The translations under genes and the position numbers were made by a program. The notes under the pieces were generated by a model, which searched no databases, was not told where the DNA came from, and was given only the letters and a program-made list of their open reading frames with translations. 64,000 nt of DNA from Octopus vulgaris (taxonomy: Eukaryota): positions 112,282,001-112,346,000 of the forward strand of contig OX597820.1 in the NCBI GenBank assembly GCA_951406725.2, given 5' to 3'. This document shows positions 42,801 through 54,300 of this stretch, piece by piece (the first letter of the stretch is position 1; each line of letters begins with the position of its first letter).

Positions 42801-44448
42801 ATTTAGGCTAATCATCTCACCACAGGAACACCCTGTCCCAATATGCCGTTGACTAGTGAGGACAGGTATGTTTGCAAGCACACCTGTCCTCCACTAGGCC
42901 AGTTGCATAGATAAGCTTACAACAGCTGAATGGGAAGGGAAACAGTTATATTTTCCCATCACACCACTAGCTCCTTAACTTCATTCGTTAAATCAATCAT
43001 CATTCCCATCAATCATCATTGTCTTCATCATCATCAGTCGCCAGTCTTCCTCTGTCGTGTTGAAAACCACATACTAACCTATTGTTTTTCTTCCAACTTT
43101 CTTCTCTGCAGCTCCTCAGTATTTTGAATCTCTCCAGAACCATCTGGCTGCCCTACAGACTCAAATGGATAATTATTTGATTGAAGAAGAAAGTGAAATG
43201 GAAGAACGGATCAGGTGAGTAGCTTCCTTCATTTGCAAGATCATTGCTATGTCCTGTGACGTCAAGACAAGGAGACACTAACACACACATGTGCAAGCAA
43301 AGCAGACCAGTTAATGCTTTTTCCTTGTTTCCACATTACTAGGTCAGCAGTTCAAATTCTTGACATTATGAATCCTTAGACAAGATAAATAAGTCTACTT
43401 AGAAAGATAAACATGAATAGTTTTTATCACATGAATGGTTGTTTATCAACTGTTTCTGGTAACTGTCACCATTGTGTGCTTATTAATCGTTTTTAGTAAT
43501 TGTGATCATAGTATGGGTGTTAAATGATTTTGAGTGTATTATTAACTGTACTAGGGGACTTTAACTATAGTTGTGGTTATTAATTATTCCTGGTGACAAT
43601 GACCATAATATAATTATTATGTGTACCCTGTAAATATAATCATAGTGTGGAATTTATGTTGCTGCATGGATGTACATTACAATAAATATGAAGTCATTTT
43701 AGTTTGAGGTCAAGAGTTGAAAGGTCACCAATATGGAGTTAAGAGAATAAAGGTCACCAATATGAGGTCAAGAGTTGAAAGGCCACCAGTGTAGGGTCAA
43801 CAGTTGAAAAGTCACTGCTTAGCTTGTGTTCTGTCCATGTTATGTATAAACATTTGAAGATCACTTGTATAAATTGTACAATGGTTTTGTTGAGGTCTTT
43901 GCTATGTCAGTGTATGAGGTCAGTAGTTGAAAGGTCATAGTATTTAAATTCTCTCATTACAGGAGGTATGAATTACAACAGAAAGCATCATTTGATAAAG
44001 TTCAAGAACGAGCTAAAGATGACAAGAAGAAGTTAATTACGTAAGTTGGCAGCTTCCTTGCTAATATAGTTGTGCTGTCATGTTGCTGTGTGATGCTATG
44101 TAATGGAGTGGTGTTCTGGTGAGGCTGTGGTCATTTGCTCTTGTTCTTGATGTTGTCAATTCTGTCATTCTTGCTGCTGCTGTCATCATTATTGATGTTT
44201 GTTGCTGTCTACCTTCAGGATGTTGCTATCCATGATGGATGTGATCAATGCAGAAGAAGAGGCAGAAATTGATAAAACTGAAAATAGTAAGTTATTCCCA
44301 GATCACCTATCTGCTGCTGTTGGTGGTTGTAATGTTAGTGTGTGTTGTGTGGTATGATGGAATTGTTGGCAAAGATGTGTATAATCTATACACAAGTGTG
44401 TAAATGTATGTGTGCATGTCTATAGGTATGTATTTGTGATTGTATGCT

Positions 44449-44495
<47 letters not shown>

Positions 44496-44668
44496 ATACA
44501 CATACATACATACATTTATATATATATGTATGTATACACATACATACATACATTTATATATATATGTATGTATACACATACATACATACATTTATATATA
44601 TATGTATATATACACATACATACATATATATATATGTATATATACACATACATACATAAATATATATA

Positions 44669-44700
<32 letters not shown>

Positions 44701-44710
44701 CACATACATA

Positions 44711-44768
<58 letters not shown>

Positions 44769-45280
44769 ATCCAAACATGAAAACACAAAGAGAAAACACA
44801 ACAACGCGAGGGCGTTGAACAAATATAGTATTATTGGACGCTCAGGAAAGAAGGAAAGAAGGAGGGTTTAATGTTTTGAGCGGAGCTCTTCGTCAGAAAC
44901 AGGAAAAGGAAAAATCCAAAGAAGGGAAGACGGAGGGAAAAAATCGCCAACGGTACACACGTGGTCACATATATATATATATATATATATATAGGTAACA
45001 GAGACAGTTTTAATACCGACAGGTAATATTTGTCCTCACTTAAAATGTGGATATTCCATTAGAACAAACTATAACTACTGTATAACTTTCTTATTGGCTT
45101 TTAGTGCAAAATGTACTCTTGCTTATATTGCTAGCAGGGAGATAAATCCCTGCCACCTCTAGCACCGAGTCCATTAGTTCATGTGATTTTGACCTTAAGC
45201 ATACCTTCATATACATACATACATATTTACATACATATATGTATATTTTCATACATGCATATATGCATATTTACATACAT

Positions 45281-45346
<66 letters not shown>

Positions 45347-48300
45347 ATGTAAATATATATATATGTGTGTGTGTGTGTGTGTATGTAAATGAATATATAT
45401 ATGTGTGTGTGTGTGTATGTAAATATATATATATATGTGTGTGTGTGTGTATGTAAATATATATATATGTGTGTGTGTGTATGTAAATATGCATATATGC
45501 ATGTATGAAAATATACATATATGTATGTATGTATATGCATGTAAATATGCATATATATGTATGTAAATATATATATACGTACATATATATATATATGTAT
45601 ATGTATGTATGTAAATATGCATATATATCTATATGCATGTATATATATGTAAATATGCATATATATATATATTTATGTATAGTTGAAATTTACAGAAAAG
45701 CAAAAGACGAAGATAGGTGTATAAGCAACAAGCAAGTGTATTAGTTTGATGTTCGGGAATGTGAGAAAATCTTTTACGTTTCGAGCCTATACTCTTCAAC
45801 AGAAAGGAACTTGAGGAAATAAACAGAGAGGGAATGTGTGTGTGTGTTGTGGCTTATCGGCTTTGCAGTGATTTTTCTCTTTGAAAAGGCCACAACAGTA
45901 TGACAATCAATAATTAATGGATTGATTTGTTAACAATAAAACTGAAGTGAACTGTAATCAGTGCATGTAGTCAGTGGGGTGGGTGGAAGTGACTGTCTTA
46001 AAATACATCATCAGTTTTAACACCTGGTTTCATGTTAGAATTCTTGCAGAACAAATGGTGTGTAGTATCACGAGTAAGTGTTACCTGCAATAGCTTCAAG
46101 CTAGCCTGATCCTTGAGATGGAAACTCGGCAAATGGAAACTGTGAATTGTATCTGTAATTCATTTATTATTGTTACTATACAGATATACATAATGCATAC
46201 ACACATACATATGTAGGGCAGTTGATTGGCACAAATAGTAGAGTGCCTTGTGGTATTTGTTCTGCTTCTTTACTTTCTTAGTTTAAATCCTGCTGAGATC
46301 AAGATTACCTTTCATCCTTTCAGGTCAATAAAAGAAAGTACTTGCCTAATACTGGAGTCAGTGTAATCAATTAAATCTTATCCCCACATCACATCAAAAG
46401 ACAGATGGCTTTGTGCCTAAATTAAAAATGGTTATTATTTATTCATAAAGAGTAGTGATATGGCAGAATCATTAATGTCACAAAAAGTGCTTTCCATCTA
46501 TTTAACTCTTTTGTTACTGTATTTCTGTTGAAATATATTGCTTTATTTTGATTTACTGGAAAATAATTTTTTGTAAAATAACTTTTTCAATATCAATCTA
46601 ATGCTTGGAGCTTAAATTAACATGAAATTTTGACATGTTTTAGCTGAAATCAGTCTAAATCAGGAAGCTTTTATCTTAGGGCTGGGCCAATCTTAGGCAT
46701 GTTGGTTTCAAAAAGATCAAGTTTTGAGATCAAATTCCTTCAAGGTTTAACTTCCAGTATTGAAAAAATAAGTTACAACTCAAATACCAGAATTGATTTA
46801 ACTCGACTCCTCTCCATCCCTCCTACGTTAGAAACTATCCTCCTCCTCCTCCATCATATGTGACTATCAAAATTCTCTGCTGACACTTTTGGTTTTTACT
46901 TTCAGGCTGTGCATCTGGTTATCAGAGTTCCGAGTTACCGTCCACTCCCAGCGATATTAAGGTATAGGATATATAGCTTGCTACTGTTGTTGTGTTTGTT
47001 TTTGCTCATATCAACCACTGTAGTTAATCAAATAATATATTCAACTGCTATTTTTAGCAATGACTTTATTATCACTAAGTATTAAAACATGGGTTTTAAC
47101 ATTTGCAGGTCTAAACATGTGGTTCTTGTTTTAAAGAGAGAAATGTGTGTATAAAGATGCATCTTTTATCATCATCAATCAAAATGTTTTGTAATGAATT
47201 ACAAAACCATTAAAAAAAATTGACTTCAGCTTTATGGTGACATCTAAAGACTACTGCTTATTCAACTAAACATTGTTCTGTAGATGAGTTGTAATCTAGG
47301 ATATCTAATGTGATTTTCAGTCTATGGCTGAAAATCAAATATAAAATGCTATTTCTGAATTTCAGAATCCTTTTAGAAATAATCGCTAAATCTCTTTAGG
47401 ATCCTGCTCTTCCGCATTAAAAAAGGAAGAGATATTGGATTTTGTAGTGCTAGATACACATGTGGATGAAATGATATAATATTTGAGGCTGGAACAACTT
47501 TGATCAGGACTTACTAGAATTAAAAGAACAGATATTTTTTTCCTAAATATGTAAACACTTATCAAACTAGGAGCTTTTATTTCTAAACTAATGTATATAT
47601 CCGAAAGTAAGACACTTGATGATGATCAAAGATCAAACCTGTTGATCGAAATGTAATGTAGATGTAAATATTAAAAAATGCTTCACCTCAGAGAATGTTA
47701 ATAGATATATTATACACACATAAAATATTGATAAATAAGAAAACATGTAGACTTACAAATACACACAAGTGTAAATATGGGAGCACACACATGTATACTC
47801 CTACAAATGCACATGCATAAAAATGGAAGTACTTATACAGACACATACATAGATTAATATGGAAGTACACATTCAGGTACACATACAGATGCAATGCATA
47901 GGTATACATAAAATCACAGATATGGAAATACACATACACATGGAATCACATGCATACATCCATGTAAGAACACATTCATATATAAATATGGAAACACATT
48001 CATGCTCACATGCATATACAGAAACACAAATACACATGCATAGATAAATATAGATGCAAATACACATGCATGCATAATATGGAAGCACATAGATGCACAA
48101 ATACACACATATATAGAAGAACACATACAGGCACATATCCACAGGTAAATATGAAAGAACATACAAAGACATTGATTAATTTGGAAGTCCATAACATAGT
48201 GTAAATGTTTTTTTGTTTTTATTTTTCAGAATGATTTTCATTCCAAATCAGATTCCAACTCAGAGAAACAAATGGTGTCTCCTTTGGGAGATTTTGAACT

Positions 48301-51300
48301 GGAAGCTGATGGTAAGTCTATTTTTGTTCAGATTTATGTCTGTTTTTCCATACCTGCATGGGTTGGACAAATGTTACTTTGATGCATTGTTTTACACAGC
48401 AAGATGCCCTTCTTGATGCTAAGCCTCACCTGTTTTCCAAATAAGGGATCTTTTATCTCATATAACTTAGAAAGCACAAAGTGACTGAACAATTTGTCGA
48501 CAAGAGAAACTGACTGCCACACTTACATACAAGTGATTGCAGATAGAAGCAAACATGCAAGCACATGTGCATACACACACATGTTTTTATACACACACAT
48601 ACACACACTCACATACAGGCAGACAAATGACATATGTACATACACATGTCAGCCTTCTTCCAGTTTCTGTCTATCAAATCTGCTCACAAAGCTAGATTGG
48701 TCCAGGACTTTTGTAGTAGTAGATTCTTATTTAAGGCGTGGTGCAGTGAAACTGAACTTAAACTCATTTTATTGGGAAACAAACTTTGCAATCACAAAGC
48801 TACACCTATGCTTAGTATCTGTATATGTATACTAGCTGTATCGCTCGGCGTTGCTCGGGTTTGTAAGGGAAATAACTATATAAGCATTTTTAGAGAGTTA
48901 TAGCCAAAAAATAGCAAAAAAAATGCATTAAAAATGGGAAAAAAATGATGGTAAATTTTTTTTTAAATCGTTGACTCATCGTAGACATTTTTAGAGAGTT
49001 ACTTCCCTTATATAATAGCGAAAAAATGCATTAAAATGGAAAAAAATTATGGTAAATTATTTTTAAAATCGTAGACTCATCATAGACGCACTCTAATACC
49101 CAGAAGGGCTCGATATGAATCACGACTATAAGATACCCGCTTTTGGTTACACTGCACTGCAAAATGTGGGAGTAGTTAGGAATCTAAATCGTAGGAGACA
49201 GACAGCACACAACCTCACTTTTATATATAAAGATATGGTTATACTGTACTTGGATGGTATGTGCATGTTTAGTATGGGCTGTGTACATGTTATGTGGGTA
49301 ATATGTTTGTATTAGATGACATTGCTCATCACTTAGGGAAGGATCTGATCCCAAAACTGTGAATATGAGATATGATGTTTATCCTGAGAAAGCCTCATGA
49401 GAAAGATGGGTCACAAGGCAAAAACAACACACACATCTGTCTATGTGTGTGTGTTTATATAAAAGTAGTGGTAGTGGTGGTGGTGCACTTGTGAAATTAT
49501 TTGACATAAACAGGGGAAGGGTCTCCTGAAAATCCTGAGAATCCAGAGTATGTTTCCATCATCATTTGGTTGATCTTAGCACTGCAATTTACCAAAGCAC
49601 TTGTCAATTAACTCATGCTTGTTCTTGTACAGAGCTGTCCCTACAGCACAGTATCTATTTACTGCCAGACGTATTGAGCCAGTTATCTATTTAAAGTTAG
49701 GTGCATTGAGCCAACATAGTATCTGTTTACAATTGAATGTACTGAGCCAGTGTGTTTATGCTTTTCCCCACTGCTTAGAGCTGTGAGTTGTCCCTACAGC
49801 TTGGTACCTATTTACTGCTAGATGCACTGAACCAACTATTTATAGTTAAATATAGTGTACCAGTGTTAGTTAAGTGTCTTTTTTATGTACACGTGATGAT
49901 AGTGATAGATATGAACATTGACTGATGTTCATAGATATGAACATCAATCTGATACTTTATCAACTCAGTTACCCATTGTCAAACCTATCAACCACCATTT
50001 GGTGTAATTTTTCTTCCCATTTTGAGATGGAATATTGCTACTTGTTTCAGTTACTAGAGAATTACCAGACCCATTTTTATCTATTTTGTATAGAGGATAA
50101 AACAAGGTTTGTCATGATTGCTTTTGGCATTTTACTCAACTTTTGTCTATGTTTTAGCAACTATTCAAAAGAAAAGCAAGACAAAATATGAGTGACAGAC
50201 CAAACCTAAAACACTGCCACCTGGCCCATGAATGCCTTTAGTCAAGTTCACTCTATTGCAGGTGTTTAAACCAGAGCCTTGGTCCCCTCTCTTGTCATGT
50301 TTTTGGTGTATATATATATTGAGAATGAGTGTTGGCTACGTCACCCTCACTAGTCTGAGGGTTTGAACAGCTCCCTCACTAGGGAACAGCTCCCTCACTA
50401 CATCACCCTCACTAGGAGGGTCTGAATAGCTTATGAGTATATTACTCTTTCTCTCTTCACTAACTTATTTAAAAAAATAAAAGGCTATGGGCTTTACTAA
50501 CCTTTCTTGTCTTAAAGCATATTGGCAATTATAGGATTCTACTTCTTGATAGGTGCCTTTTGTTAAGGAGCATCTTTTGTTATCGACAGTAAAGTAAACA
50601 TGCTACATCAGGCATTAATGAGAAAGATAGTCAGCAAGAGACTACAAGGTACATTTGTGTTGTCTATATCTGACATCCATAGGAGAAATCTGCAGTGAAA
50701 TTAGAGCATAAGACCCTGGGGACAAATTTGCAGAAACCCTAGTGGATGTAGATTTGTGGGATTTAGACATCTATTGATGTTAAGGGGTTGGTGGTGATAT
50801 TTGAGAAACAACCCAATCTAAATAACATTCATTGTTCTATTGTATTTTCCAGGTATGTTCTACCTGAGTGGTGAAGATCAAAGAGATAACCAGGAACCTT
50901 TCTATTTCTCTGATGATGATGATTTCGGTGAGTATATCAGTGGCTTTGACCTTTTATCTTGTCTTCCATTCATTCCCCTGCTAACCCTTAATCACCCACC
51001 GACCCACCTTTGTTGTTAGCTTCATTTACTTATCACACATCTTCCCTTCTATACTTTGTTTTTCTTGTCTCTTTTTCTACTCCCTCCACTTTTTCCACCT
51101 TCTCTGTGAGAGCACCATTTGAGTGATGGGCCTCACAGAGATAATGTGGCCGATGCTGGTGTCACATAACTAGCACTTGTGCCAGTGGTATGTAAAAAGC
51201 ACCCTTTGAGTGTTGGGCCACATGGAAGCAATGACAAGTGACCGAGACCCTTGGTGATATTCTGTGCTTGAGAAAACTCATCAAGCCAAGTGAAATTGTT

Positions 51301-54300
51301 GTCATGGCAGATACTAGTCTAACCTATGGACAACAGATGTTAAATGATGATGATTTCACTTATATTTCATCACTAGTGTGCATGTGTGCATGCACGTTCA
51401 TGTTCAGTCACTTGCTATACTTTTGTATATAACTAAATCAGTTTTCTATTTTTAGTAAACTATTTAAGTGACCAGTAATTTTCTTTCATTCTTAACCCTT
51501 TAGCATTTAAACTGGCCATATCTGGCTCAAATATTCTATCCATTTTATGTTCAAACTGGCCAGATCCAGCCTCTCACATCTATTTGGCAATGTCATTCTA
51601 AAACTAGAAAATAATCTCATCACTGAAATCTCAAAGCTATGAGACAATGCATGAGGAATTCAAAAGAATCTGCATTACATTTGACAGCGTAATCTGAATG
51701 CTAAAGGGTTAAACATTTGTATGTAATACCTCTCTTCTTTCTTTATCTTCCCTCCATTCACTTGTCTCTCTCTCTTGCTTACTCAAAGACAAAAGACAAT
51801 TTTTTTTATAAAGACTTCCAAATGAAGGAGACTTTGTCAAATCTGAAGAATTATATTGCTTTATCCCTTTTCTTTTTCATATTTCTGTTGAATTATAACT
51901 GCTATGTTTCAACTAATTCTTAAAATAATGAAGAATTCAGTAAAATAATGTTGTCATTATTAAGTTGGTGTTAGGAAAATAAAACCTTCCATTAAAATTT
52001 CATATTTAATTTAGATCTAGATTGCTTTAAAACAAAGAGTATCATAGAACAAAGTAGTGTCTGAGTGGGGTTGATGTGAAAATATGTTTAAGTGGTGCCA
52101 CAGAAGCTGTGTGCTCTTCTATAACTGATGTGGTCCGTAATGTCATCACACAAAAGCTGTCTTGTATGTCAGGCATGTTTACTAACAATAACTGTAGTTT
52201 GTAGAAATAGTTATTCTTAAAGATGGTTTGCTGTGAAGATATGTATTAGTAGTATGCAGAATGACATAGTACACATGTGTGTGTGTGTGTATGCACACAC
52301 ACATTTTGGTATTTAGTGTTGCTTGTTTCTATTGTAGATAGAAATACACTGCACATACACAACCTATTCTACACACACATACACACATACGTGTGTATAA
52401 AGTTACCCGATTTTGTCCAGCCTGTCTTATTATTCAGACAAAATATGTTTAAAATTACTTTCATGTTAAATAATAAATAAAAGGAAATGAGGAAAGCTTC
52501 AACCAGTGCAAGAAAAAAGCTGAAAAACCTTTATATATTTCAGGCACAAAGGCCCATTTTCAAAAGGATACAAAGAAATGTCTACATAGATGGATACATT
52601 TGGATAGCTGAATGGGCAGTAATCCAATGTTAGTCTAGTGTTTGTGCTAACAGTAGCACTTTTCCAAATGATGGTGTTGTTGGTGTCATAGATGTTACAC
52701 TGGAGATGGGGGTAGATTGGCAGTGGTGGTCAAAGTGGCTGTCTATATCAATGTTGTTGATGGTGGTAAATGCCATGGGTAATCAGCAATGGTGTTGACT
52801 ACATTGATGTTATTGGTATTGGTGGTAAATGTCATGGTAGTAGTAGGTGATGGTATTGTTGGTACATGCCCTTCTAGTTGTTGATAAAGTGGTGGCTGAT
52901 AACAACAACACCAATAACACTCCTCATTGCAGCAGGCAATAATGGTGGCAGAAAACATGGTGTTGGTAGGCAACAATACCAATCACTGTTTTAGTGATGA
53001 TGATGATGTTTGACATAGTTGCAGTGATGTAGGGGATGGTTGGTAATCTATAGGAGCTTTTGGTCCTACTCCAATTGGCTATTGATCTTAAGATTAAATC
53101 AGTAGATCAGTAAGGATTACTTGATACAAATATTTCTTATATTTCTCTAAACAGTTTGGAAGCATCTCTCTCTGATGGTATCACCACATTTCATGATGTG
53201 TTTGTGAAAGGAAGATGCGTTTGTAGTCAGGTATTCCTTCAGTTGGATGTGGAATGGTCGGCTTTAGATGTGGAATGTAGTAGTCACTGTATTTGGAACA
53301 CCATATCTGGCACACCATGTATGTTCACAGACACTTGCTTGCATTATGGAAAGGACAGTTCACAGTGTGCAGGGCTGTTCTGCATTGTGATCAGGGACAG
53401 TCCTGAGTTGGTTAGCAGGATGTTGAGGCTGTCCCCATGGATGGCAAAGATGGTCTTCTCATTAAAGTGGGGAATCCTCAGGCAGCAATTCCCAGAGAGA
53501 TTCTTTTTGTCATCTTTATTTGGCTTGCATCCTTGTAGGGTGTTTGTAATAGATGCTGGATATTTGTTGATTCCATATGTCTTGAAGCATTGTTGGTAAC
53601 TTTCCTTATTTCCCTTTTTGCCTATTATTCTACTTCTGTATAACAATGCTTCGAGTGAACTATTAACATGCTTCTTACTTCTTTAGGGTGTGATTTGAGG
53701 AAAATTTGCAGCAATTCCCAGAGAGATTCTTTTTGTCATCTTTATTTGGCTTGCATCCTTGTAGGGTGTTTGTAATAGATGCTGGATATTTGTTGATTCC
53801 ATATGTCTTGAAGCATTGTTGGTAACTTTCCTTATTTCCCTTTTTGCCTATTATTCTACTTCTGTATAACAATGCTTCGAGTGAACTATTAACATGCTTC
53901 TTACTTCTTTAGGGTGTGATTTGAGGAAAATTTGTCTTGTATTTCCAGCAGGCCAGGTGAAACTCTGTAGATACTCTCTCTTCATTGTCTTGTTGTCTCT
54001 CTGGCTCAGTCATCAAACAAGTTTTCAGGCAGCTGCAAGTTGTCTCCTTTTGTTTCAGTTGTTGTTTGGGGCCTTTACAAGCTCACTTTCATAACATATG
54101 CAACAAGATAAAATATCAACACCGAGCCATGTTTTTATTTATCTAAACTTGAATGAAATATAAAGAAAATGAAACAGTAAGAATGTAAATATTAAAATAT
54201 GTGTAAACATGCCACACTGGTTCTTCTCTTTCCAGCTCTGGACTCCTCAACAGAAGTTACGGAACCTTCATACATTCGTGGAAAAAAACGCATTGATCCA

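Noticed and set aside
44307-48204. Many His/Tyr/Cys/Met-rich ORFs
   Set aside because: Products of CA/TA/TG microsatellites and their decayed forms.
53344-53872. Two ORFs with an identical N-terminus suggesting duplicated small genes
   Set aside because: Explained by the 226-bp tandem duplication; non-ATG starts, intronic and antisense.
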